64,000 nt of DNA from an uncultured virus (IMG/VR IMGVR_UViG_3300031111_000236) (lineage: Duplodnaviria; Heunggongvirae; Uroviricota; Caudoviricetes). Below are positions 1-8,207 of this stretch, piece after piece (positions within the stretch are counted from its first letter, which is position 1; every line of letters starts with the position of its first letter). The stretch lies in IMG/VR virus record IMGVR_UViG_3300031111_000236. The stretch is one strand, 5' to 3'. Under the pieces are notes generated by a model. It was not told the DNA's origin. It made no database searches and worked only from the letters and a program-made list of their open reading frames with translations. A program made the translations under genes and the position numbers.

Positions 1-10
1 CCTCCCTCTT

Positions 11-1150
11 GTGGGGTATGAGGTTGAGGCTGGAGAGTACCGTATTGTCTTGCCCTCGGTAGTCTACCCCTTCTGGTCGCTTGAGAGCGTCTCCGAGAGG
101 GTGCTCTACCCTCTTGAACCGATGGTGAGTGACCTTCAGGTCCTCGCTACCTACCGCCCGAGTCCGAAGGTGAGCTTCTCTGACCTCTCCCTGATGACTG
201 AGGTCCAAGCCTACCTCTCGACTCGACTGCCTCAAGAGGGGCTTCGCCCGTATTACGAGCGGTTCAGGGTCCATCGGGACCCTCTTGCCGCTGAAGCCTA
301 CCCTCTGTGGCTCCTGAGTCCTCGTCTGGCCTCCTTCGAGCCGCCTACTGACCGCCGCTACTCCCTACCTCCGCTTCCGAAGGTAGTCCCTGTGCCCTAC
401 CCTAACCCCCTCTTGAGGCCACAGCCGACTCCCTCGGGGTGTCTGGACCTTCAGGCCCTCGCTTCGGGTCTCTCTCGGTCCCTATCGGCCCTCTCTGTAC
501 CTCTGGCCTTCGGTGACCTCCCTCTTGAAGGCCCTGCCGAGTGGGGTTTCCCTACCCTGGCCCTTCTGGGGGCCGCCTCCGACCTTGAAGACGGCCTCTT
601 GCCGCCCGAGCCGCTTGTAGCCTCGTGCAGGGGTCTCCGAGCGGCCCTGTCGCCCGAAAAAAATTTATTCCGTCCGAAAAATTTTCTCTACGTGCGGGTC
701 GGAGAGGGCGAACGGTCTCTACTCCGAAAATTTTTTTCTGCGGCTGAAATTTTCTCCGCTCGTCGATATTCTAATCCGTCTCTCTACTTCGGGTTGGTCC
801 GAGGTAACCGAGTTCCCCCGAGTCTTGTTGCCCCTCCCGCCGAGTGGGACCGAGATGAGCCGCTATCGTGTGCCTCCGCTCTCCTTAACCCGAGCCAAAA
901 GTCTCCGACTCCTACCGACCCAGAGGATTTCTACGTCGTCCCTCTGTCGGCTGTAGACCAAGAGGTCCCCCCTCCTCCAGTCCACCGAGAGACTTACAGG
1001 CTCCAGGTATCGGCCTTCTCTCCGTTGTCGGGGTCCCCTCTCCGTCTCCCGACCTCCATCATGGAGTCTAAGGACCTCTTGAGGAACTATCGTACCCCTC
1101 TGCGGGATACCTACAGGATGAAAGTAGGGAAAATTTCAGCCATAGGCTGA
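11..1150 (+). CDS. Hypothetical Pro/Leu/Ser-rich protein, possibly 5'-truncated by the window edge
   Basis: 379-codon open frame, also open back to base 2; unusually C/T-rich and A-poor; contains the AAATTT repeats; no recognisable motif. Confidence 0.4.
   Translation: MGYEVEAGEYRIVLPSVVYPFWSLESVSERVLYPLEPMVSDLQVLATYRPSPKVSFSDLSLMTEVQAYLSTRLPQEGLRPYYERFRVHRDPLAAEAYPLWLLSPRLASFEPPTDRRYSLPPLPKVVPVPYPNPLLRPQPTPSGCLDLQALASGLSRSLSALSVPLAFGDLPLEGPAEWGFPTLALLGAASDLEDGLLPPEPLVASCRGLRAALSPEKNLFRPKNFLYVRVGEGERSLLRKFFSAAEIFSARRYSNPSLYFGLVRGNRVPPSLVAPPAEWDRDEPLSCASALLNPSQKSPTPTDPEDFYVVPLSAVDQEVPPPPVHRETYRLQVSAFSPLSGSPLRLPTSIMESKDLLRNYRTPLRDTYRMKVGKISAIG
654..753. repeat. Cluster of C(C/T)GAAA(A)TTT repeats
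   Basis: ccgaaaaaaattt 654, ccgaaaaatttt 674, ccgaaaatttt 724, gcggctgaaatttt 740. Confidence 0.7.
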
Positions 1151-1209
1151 AAAATTATCGGCGGAGTATCGGTGAGTAGAAGAAATTTTCAGCGACCTGC
1201 TGAAATTTT
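1129..1209. repeat. Two inverted pairs of the GCTGAAA(A)TT motif
   Basis: gaaaatttcagcc-ata-ggctgaaaaatt (1129-1156) and gaaattttcagc-gacct-gctgaaatttt (1182-1209). Confidence 0.75.
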
Positions 1210-1628
1210 ATTTCTTTCCAAGTGTAGCCCCCGAGATAATCACGGGGCATACCGAGGCAATTACCGTCGTCATCGTATTTTCTCGGGTCGTTAGCGTGTC
1301 TCACGCACTTCCACATATCCTCGGTCACGAGCTTGAGGAACTTGAAGATGTCCGACATGACGTGCTTCTCGAAGAACTCCGCCCCGTTTTCCCTCTCGCA
1401 TACGGCCTTGTAGAAGGTTCTCAAGGTCTGCACGGTCAGCCAATCCAGGTATATACCCTCGGGGAAGTCATCGGTTGGCAAGAGGTATATCTCGGTGCTT
1501 GTCATGAATTTCTCGGTGGTCAGCTCCTCGAAGGTTATCCCTATCCTCTTGAGGCTTTCCAGGAGTTCCTTTTTCTCTCTCTCACGCTCTCTCTGGTACT
1601 TATTTTTCTGTCTTGTCATTTTGCTCAC
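1155..1628 (-). CDS. Hypothetical protein
   Basis: 157-aa ORF, last gene of the leftward operon; shares HANDPR with the upstream gene. Confidence 0.7.
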   Translation of the reverse strand: MSKMTRQKNKYQREREREKKELLESLKRIGITFEELTTEKFMTSTEIYLLPTDDFPEGIYLDWLTVQTLRTFYKAVCERENGAEFFEKHVMSDIFKFLKLVTEDMWKCVRHANDPRKYDDDGNCLGMPRDYLGGYTWKEIKFQQVAENFFYSPILRR

Positions 1629-1643
1629 GTCCTTTTTCTTGGT

Positions 1644-2276
1644 CTATGTTCTCAGCCCCCAGATACACCTCGGGTCATTGGCGTGCTCTATACCGAAGTG
1701 TTCTCGGGCTGTCTCGGTTATTGTCGGAGATATGCAGATTCCAGATACCTCTGTTGTCGGGCACTCCCAATCAGGCTGAGGCTCGGCTGTCACGTGTATG
1801 GCGACCATCGGCTCGTAGATGTGACCCATGACCACAATACCTGTGACTCTACCGCCTCGTATAGTGTTCGTGTAGTCGATGAAGTCCTGAATATAACCAC
1901 GTAGGTCCGATATTTCGGCCTCACTTGGGTAGATGAAATAGCTTTCCCTCTCCTTTATCTGATGAATCCACTTTTCGAACCAGCGTGGGTCATAGTCTTC
2001 GTACACCCCTGGTGATTGTGACCGTGCGTAGTCCTCCAGCCACTGCTGTGCTTCTTTCAAGGTCTCCCTGCTACCGTGTATGAACCTCTCTTCGAAGGAC
2101 GGGATAACCCTGTATACGGGCCATCTACTGTCCCATGATATTAACAGGCCCCAATTATTGATGAACCTGCGCCAGGTCTTGATTTCGAAACCGTTCTCCG
2201 CTACGCTCTCGGGAGTCATACCGTACTGCTCCCAATGGTCGGTATCTTTCATCCCTCTCGGGTATGATATTATCAT
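1644..2276 (-). CDS. Hypothetical protein
   Basis: 210-aa ORF with GGTGA SD upstream. Confidence 0.75.
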   Translation of the reverse strand: MIISYPRGMKDTDHWEQYGMTPESVAENGFEIKTWRRFINNWGLLISWDSRWPVYRVIPSFEERFIHGSRETLKEAQQWLEDYARSQSPGVYEDYDPRWFEKWIHQIKERESYFIYPSEAEISDLRGYIQDFIDYTNTIRGGRVTGIVVMGHIYEPMVAIHVTAEPQPDWECPTTEVSGICISPTITETAREHFGIEHANDPRCIWGLRT

Positions 2277-2292
2277 CTATTCGTCACCCTCT

Positions 2293-2445
2293 TTATATTA
2301 GGTACTTGTCGAGCCTCTCGTCCAGGGTTCTCAGGTGCTCCCTGAGCCTCAGTATCTCGTCCCTGTCGAGGTCGGATATGTGTCCGCTCTCCATCTCGCT
2401 CACTACCTGGCCGTTATCGACTTCTATTTTCACTACTACGGTCAT
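2293..2445 (-). CDS. Small hypothetical protein, 50 aa (MTVVVKIEVDNGQVVSEMESGHISDLDRDEILRLREHLRTLDERLDKYLI), not in the ORF track
   Basis: Translated by hand; GGTGAT SD, TATA box and ATTGTCTTC box upstream on the minus strand. Confidence 0.75.
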   Translation of the reverse strand: MTVVVKIEVDNGQVVSEMESGHISDLDRDEILRLREHLRTLDERLDKYLI

Positions 2446-2480
2446 CTTTGAATCACCGTCCTTAATATCTCTTCACGAAG

Positions 2481-2584
2481 ATATAAGAGGGAGGCCGCCG
2501 CTCCGAGTTCTGAAGACAATATGATTACCCCCAGGAGCCTATATTGTCTTCGAAACGGACCCCTTTGCCAGCCCTCTTATATAC
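2481..2584. promoter_or_regulatory. Symmetric divergent promoter pair with inverted ATATTGTCTTC boxes
   Basis: gaagacaatat 2512-2522 and atattgtcttc 2541-2551; each is followed 25 nt later by TTATAT within CCTCTTATAT on its own strand. Confidence 0.8.
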
Positions 2585-2618
2585 TTACCCTGCCGATATC
2601 ATAGTTGGTGATAACAAA

Positions 2619-3314
2619 ATGTCCGAAGCAGAGTTCAACTGGACCGCAGACCGCATCGTGAAGGGTATGAACATCTCAAGATGGAACCCGCCCACAGCCG
2701 AGCAGACTGCGGAAATCGAAAAGAGGAAAGAGGAAGCCCAGAGGGTCTTCCAGAGCTACGTGAACGGAAACATACCCGTAATAGTCGAGGAGCTGAAGGA
2801 GAACAACGAGATACCCGTCGAGGTAACCGTGTCCTTCCCGACGAACACAAACAAGTTCAGCAATATGGACGTGAGAAACGCCAGCTTCCGCATGGAAGGT
2901 GAAGTGGGCAGTCACAAAATCAGCGGCACGTCGTCTCTGGAGTTCGACTACAGCGGCAATAACAGGCACTGGAAGGCCAGCGGAGGCTATGGTCGGACCA
3001 GCCGCTCCAAGAACGTCTGGGACGCACTCAGGAACGCTATCATGTACGCCGTGTGGAACTACAACAAGTACCACGATATGTACGAGAGCCAGGACATCTC
3101 CAAGGTGCGCCAGACTGAGCTGACTGAGTGGGCCAAGAAGCACGGGGAAAACCCCTCCGTGAGCACCACAGGGTCAGGCTACGAGTACATCGTGTCCTGG
3201 TATGGTGAAGGCGCATCGACCAAGAGGCTCACCGTCAGGTACGGTCAGGACGGCCCCAAGGTTGTCAAGGTCGAAGAGAACGTGAACATGACACTCGACG
3301 AGGCCATGCAGTAG
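2619..3314 (+). CDS. Hypothetical protein
   Basis: Start moved to ATG 2619, after GGTGAT SD and TATA; C-ending codon bias. Confidence 0.8.
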   Translation: MSEAEFNWTADRIVKGMNISRWNPPTAEQTAEIEKRKEEAQRVFQSYVNGNIPVIVEELKENNEIPVEVTVSFPTNTNKFSNMDVRNASFRMEGEVGSHKISGTSSLEFDYSGNNRHWKASGGYGRTSRSKNVWDALRNAIMYAVWNYNKYHDMYESQDISKVRQTELTEWAKKHGENPSVSTTGSGYEYIVSWYGEGASTKRLTVRYGQDGPKVVKVEENVNMTLDEAMQ

Positions 3315-3324
3315 GTGATTCAAG

Positions 3325-3981
3325 ATGAATAAAGCCAATACACAGGTTAGGCCAAACAACACAAGAAAACTTCGCCACGATTTAATACCGATAGTGGCCA
3401 TGCTGGTAATAGTTATGGCCTTAGTTGCCACGCTGGTATTGGGAGTTGTGGCTGTGTTCTTTGGCAATGTCTCGCCATCTGAGATTAATAGTACCGAGGA
3501 GAGGGCAGACTATCTCTATGATAAGTATAAGAACGCTGATAAAGTTCCATACGATGTAGAAATTATACTCATTGCCGTTTATAAGGGGTCAGAAACTGTT
3601 AACCTTACTCCAAGATGGAAGGGGCAAGTCGAGTACTATGTCTTCCAGGACGTAGAAAAGCCCGAAGAGGAACTGTATCTACTAATGGACGGGAACTATG
3701 GTAGTATCTGGCCATCTGATATTGAGGTTGGTGACATCGTAAGGTTCACAGCGCACCTTGATGATGGCATATACGATGTGAAAAAATATAGTGGACTTCC
3801 GTCCAATGAACTTGAGAAGTTCGTGGGCACTGTCGATATGTACACCATTGAAAAAGTCAATGAGACTACCGCTGGTTACCTGCTAAACTATAGGTGGGTA
3901 GGCTTCTTGATTTCGCTGGTAATATTGGTGGGAGCTATAATCGTCCGTTCTGCAACAAAGTATTACGGTCCCCCTAAATAG
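3325..3981 (+). CDS. Membrane protein with N- and C-terminal TM helices
   Basis: Two hydrophobic segments; GGTGAT SD. Confidence 0.75.
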   Translation: MNKANTQVRPNNTRKLRHDLIPIVAMLVIVMALVATLVLGVVAVFFGNVSPSEINSTEERADYLYDKYKNADKVPYDVEIILIAVYKGSETVNLTPRWKGQVEYYVFQDVEKPEEELYLLMDGNYGSIWPSDIEVGDIVRFTAHLDDGIYDVKKYSGLPSNELEKFVGTVDMYTIEKVNETTAGYLLNYRWVGFLISLVILVGAIIVRSATKYYGPPK

Positions 3982-3993
3982 AGGTGATGCCAG

Positions 3994-4686
3994 ATGCGCA
4001 ATAAGTTCTTCATATGGTTCACAGTGACCATCGTTCTGTTGGCCGCTTTCGCAACGCTTAAGGCCACGAGGCTTGAGTATACAAGTCCCCTGTCGAACTT
4101 TAAGGTGGACGTTGAAGACCATCACTGGAACTCTGACCATACCCGCTATGTGGTTGAGGTCACTGTGACCAGTAAGAACGAAAGGGAGAAGACCAAGGTT
4201 TACCCATCGGATTTCCGCTTGGTGCTCGAAGACAATACTATAATCGAGTTTCCTGACATGGCCAGCGGGAACAGCTACTCTACGTCCGCTATCATATTAC
4301 AACCCGAGAAGAGCGAGACCTTCGCCATGATTTTCGAGGTCTTGGACGGACCCGACCCGACCCTCCTGGAGTACAGGGGCAAGGTCCGTATCGTGCTCGA
4401 TGGTTTCGCCCTCTGGGATTTCGACTTGCCTTTCTTTACATGGACATCTATGCTTGTCACCGTGGTGATTGTGGTCAAGTTCAAGCATGACCAGAAACGC
4501 TACAGGGCATACCTCAAGTCCAAGGAGCGTGGGGACATCTATGACTGTCGTGAGTGCGGTACTGAGGTGGACCTGCGGGACTATGAGGAAGACGCTTTCA
4601 TCAAGACCATGAAGGTCAAGAAGCGGTGTGACAGGTGTCAGTTCGAGGCTGATGAGATGAAACGTCACCCACCGCCCTCTGAGTAG
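3994..4686 (+). CDS. Membrane protein with a DUF4352-like Ig domain and C-terminal Zn finger
   Basis: N-terminal TM; YVVEVTVT...PSDFRL...LQPEKSETFAMIFEV pattern; second TM; CREC/CDRC. Confidence 0.6.
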   Translation: MRNKFFIWFTVTIVLLAAFATLKATRLEYTSPLSNFKVDVEDHHWNSDHTRYVVEVTVTSKNEREKTKVYPSDFRLVLEDNTIIEFPDMASGNSYSTSAIILQPEKSETFAMIFEVLDGPDPTLLEYRGKVRIVLDGFALWDFDLPFFTWTSMLVTVVIVVKFKHDQKRYRAYLKSKERGDIYDCRECGTEVDLRDYEEDAFIKTMKVKKRCDRCQFEADEMKRHPPPSE

Positions 4687-4903
4687 CATGGTAAAGACCA
4701 ATAAACGCAGAGCGACCTCTCACGACTTATACCAATCTTCTTATCACCAACGAGAGGCCGCTCTTGTTCATTTGCTCTAACGACCAGTACCTTTTTCTTA
4801 GCGCAGACAAATTTTATCAGGAGACTAATTTTTATCTCGACGACTGCTATATGTACTTAACTGCAAATCTTTAAATAAGAAGAAAGACAATGTACATACC
4901 CGT

Positions 4904-5212
4904 ATGTGGGGCAAGAAATCGAAGTCAAAGTCCAAGACGAAGCCCATACAGGTAAAGGGCGATTCCGTTTTAATTAGCAAGAAGGACTATGATAAATTGG
5001 TGGCGGAGGCTCGTGGTGGCTCCTCAAGATTCAGTGCTTTTGGTCAGCCTACACGTCAGAGAGCAAGCACGGTCAGTACCTCCACTAAAGGTAGGACCAA
5101 GAACGGTAAGAAGGACAAGCGATGCTCAAGAAAGGCTAAAAGAAAAGCGAAGAAGAAGGCCAAGGGTCAGACTCGTGACAAGAAGGGCCGCTTCAAAAAA
5201 TCAAAGAAGTGA
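4904..5212 (+). CDS. Very basic small protein, candidate nucleic-acid condensing protein
   Basis: K/R-rich, RDKKGRF motif; TTTAAATA box upstream. Confidence 0.7.
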   Translation: MWGKKSKSKSKTKPIQVKGDSVLISKKDYDKLVAEARGGSSRFSAFGQPTRQRASTVSTSTKGRTKNGKKDKRCSRKAKRKAKKKAKGQTRDKKGRFKKSKK

Positions 5213-5458
5213 GGTAATCTACAAGATAACCCAGGTTTTCAGGTCTGTCAAAAATCGGCGGGTCTCCGACCATTTGTTCACCTAAAAAAAACGACTCTGG
5301 AGATATGCGTGCTGTGTGCCCGAGTACTCTCAGGTGGTGGGGAGTACAAGGGATTCCTTACGGGGACCCGCCCCCATCACCCTTCCAACCGTTTATATAA
5401 TCGTTTCGACCAACGTTTATATACTTTTTGCATTGTCTAATACTAAAGAGGTGCTCAT

Positions 5459-6355
5459 ATGAAGAGACTCATACTGACCATGACCGTACTTTTATTGATG
5501 ACACTATCTGCCACGATGGGATGTCTGAGTATACCTGGGGTGGACGATGGCGACACCAGGACATCTAACTTCCTTATCAACGTGAACTCGAACTACAACA
5601 TCCGTCCTGGGGTCAATGACATCCTCATCGAGGTCAGGACAGTGAGCAACATACAGAAGGTAGACATCAACTTGGTCCCTGTCGCTTTGGTTGGTAACAG
5701 CGTCCAGAACAGTCAATCTCATACCTTGTACAAGTACCTTCAGGACGTTGAGCTACCGCAAGATATCATTCTGAGAGTGGACGCAAGCGACTACGACTTC
5801 CTCTACGGTAAGTTCCTGGTTCAGGTCATCGGTGAGCGGAAGGTCATAAAGGAAGAGAAGGAGTTCACCGTGCAGTTGAACTCAATGTCTGAGGACCTCT
5901 TGAGGCTTACAGAGTTTGACCCGCAGGTAAGAGTGAGTGTGGACGCACCAGCCGCTATCTACCCAGATACGGTCACAAGCAGGGTGCAAGTAGGCAACAC
6001 CAATAGTAACTCGGTGTCGGTCACATACACTATGGAACCTCTGGCCTACTACGAGATAGATATCTCGGAGAATGATGGTATCTATCCGCTGAAGACTGCA
6101 TCTTCAGGCGTTCTTAAGTTTGGTTTCGAGAGCATAAATGTTCACTCTTACTCAGAGTCTCTCCCGTCTACCTCTGGCAAGCCAGTTCGCAAGCTACAAA
6201 TAGTGGTGGAAGACTTCACGGACAAACCAGTGTATGCTTACGTTAAGCTCACCGTGACAGTCAACGGCAATGACCTGGTTACCCACTATATGTTGATAGG
6301 TAACTGGAAGCTCCCTCAGACTGTCTCAAACGTTAAGATAGGTGGGGTTGCGTAA
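5459..6355 (+). CDS. Putative lipoprotein
   Basis: Signal peptide ending ...SATMGC (lipobox-like); GAGGTG SD. Confidence 0.7.
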   Translation: MKRLILTMTVLLLMTLSATMGCLSIPGVDDGDTRTSNFLINVNSNYNIRPGVNDILIEVRTVSNIQKVDINLVPVALVGNSVQNSQSHTLYKYLQDVELPQDIILRVDASDYDFLYGKFLVQVIGERKVIKEEKEFTVQLNSMSEDLLRLTEFDPQVRVSVDAPAAIYPDTVTSRVQVGNTNSNSVSVTYTMEPLAYYEIDISENDGIYPLKTASSGVLKFGFESINVHSYSESLPSTSGKPVRKLQIVVEDFTDKPVYAYVKLTVTVNGNDLVTHYMLIGNWKLPQTVSNVKIGGVA

Positions 6356-7869
6356 TGACCCGAAAAGGGTGGACCCAAGACTCCGTAAGGCACGGTCTCG
6401 CATCGAGGGGTATCCCATCGTTCGGGTACAAGGGTCCAGATTTCGTCGAGTTCAAAGATAGGTACGACGAACCAGAGAAGGACTACATCACTCTCCTGAA
6501 TCTCATGGAGAACCCCAAGCCCATTGAGGATAGCAACTACAAGCTCCAGCTCTCGCAACACCTCGCTTGGACCGATGCGGCAAGAGACAATCAAGAGCGC
6601 ATCAAAGACATGGACGTACAACCTGATTTTCTGTTGGATATGACACAAGCGATGTATCTCAATCCTAACCTCACAGCCAACCTCTTGTACGCTCTTATGA
6701 ACGGCAAGATGGGGAATCTGGCTAACAATGACAGTCTTCGAGAGGCCGTGATTATATCCATTATGAACAACGACAAGAACAGCGTGAAGCAGAACTACTT
6801 CGGGGTGCTCAATAGGCTCACACCAGATGAGCGATGGCTACTGAGAGACATCTATGCCAGGAAGCTCAGAGATGTTGACCATCTCGACATGGACGATACC
6901 TTCGCTAAGGAGGTATTGTGTTTGTTCCAGGGTCTGTCTGACGACCAGATAAAACGTCTCTGGGGGGCCATGAAACCCAAGATACTTGTTGGCAACCCGA
7001 GCTTTACCGCCAAGGAGATGGTAAGCAAGCTCGAACGTGCCTTGCGTGTCATGCCTCTGGTGGATGTTTACATAGGGTCGTCGAAACTCATAGGCGACCC
7101 ACATGGATACTTCTACCCGAAGAACGTAGTCATACCAGCGGAGGATACCAACCTCTTGGTGGACCTCTTTAGGTGGGCAAAGATAGAGGACTTCAAGGGT
7201 ACGTCACTTCCAGAGGAAACAGCCAAGGAGCACAGGAGGAATGTTCACGACAACTTCAGAAAGGCACTTTACGCTCTCAATATTGACTGGAATAAACTCC
7301 TGACTAACGATATCAGGTATCACACTATCACCAAGTCGCCTGGGAAGTGGGGTGTGAGAAATATTGACAGTAAGGAGCGAAAGATAAACGCAGACAACAA
7401 AGAACTCCTACAAACAATCAAACTTCTCTTCTCGACTGATGTGGACCGCCTTGAAAATGAGTGGGGTCCACCAGCTCACTATCTCCCACCAGAGCTGAAT
7501 ATGCACATCTCACTTTTGCAGGATACCAGGAAGAGTTACACCAACAGGAACCAGAGTAAGTCTATCTTCAATTCTATCAGCTCTGATTTTGCGAATGTTA
7601 AGAGGCTCAGCACCTGGCTCTACGATATGGGCATATCTTTCGCCGACCTTACCAAAGGGCAACAAAAGCAGTATGCTAAGCTGTACTCTAAGACGGTCAC
7701 GAGGTTGCTCAAGCCATACGTGAAGAGGTATGGCCCCTATGATGACAACGATAAAATTTACTTCAATGGCGTGGATGATAAGGATATAGCGGCCTATCTC
7801 AAGGACCCTATCAAGAACGAACCTTATCACTTTTTTACTGTCAACGAGCGCAGAAGAGAAGGTAAGTAG
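6355..7869 (+). CDS. Leader-tagged PDFLLD-family paralogue (long form)
   Basis: GWTQDSVRHGLASRGIPSFGY leader; QPDFLLD, NDSLREA, LTPDER motifs. Confidence 0.85.
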   Translation: MTRKGWTQDSVRHGLASRGIPSFGYKGPDFVEFKDRYDEPEKDYITLLNLMENPKPIEDSNYKLQLSQHLAWTDAARDNQERIKDMDVQPDFLLDMTQAMYLNPNLTANLLYALMNGKMGNLANNDSLREAVIISIMNNDKNSVKQNYFGVLNRLTPDERWLLRDIYARKLRDVDHLDMDDTFAKEVLCLFQGLSDDQIKRLWGAMKPKILVGNPSFTAKEMVSKLERALRVMPLVDVYIGSSKLIGDPHGYFYPKNVVIPAEDTNLLVDLFRWAKIEDFKGTSLPEETAKEHRRNVHDNFRKALYALNIDWNKLLTNDIRYHTITKSPGKWGVRNIDSKERKINADNKELLQTIKLLFSTDVDRLENEWGPPAHYLPPELNMHISLLQDTRKSYTNRNQSKSIFNSISSDFANVKRLSTWLYDMGISFADLTKGQQKQYAKLYSKTVTRLLKPYVKRYGPYDDNDKIYFNGVDDKDIAAYLKDPIKNEPYHFFTVNERRREGK

Positions 7870-7874
7870 GGACT

Positions 7875-8172
7875 CTCATGAATATGTTGGAGATAGAGAG
7901 CACTGACGGGCGAAGGCTCTGTCTCTGGCGTTGTGATGAGAATACAATGATACGCTTCCTTGGTCACATGAGCATTGAAGAAGGTGTTGCGCTCTAACCC
8001 AAGTCTTTTTATATCTCGTACTCAGTCGTGGTATCATCGGGAAAGTGCCCATTGCGATATCGGGAGGGCACAGCCATGACCCCTGGCGGGGAAGGGGCAT
8101 GGAAGTCGTCGATGATACGTGGAGAGGAAGGGAGTGCGCATTACCCAATCTCCACGTATCAGGGCGCAACCC
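7875..8172. ncRNA. Candidate structured RNA(s) in an intergenic gap
   Basis: Several helices, including a perfect 13-bp TGATACGTGGAGA/TCTCCACGTATCA; TATA-like box at 8006-8014. Confidence 0.45.
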
Positions 8173-8207
8173 ACATCTTTTTATAGCTCACCACCTCTCG
8201 TAGCGAT

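Noticed and set aside
7900..8105. Hammerhead-like (CTGACGG..GAA) and cobalamin-riboswitch-like (GGGAA..GGGAAGG) words
   Set aside because: Core consensus incomplete; cannot assign without a covariance model
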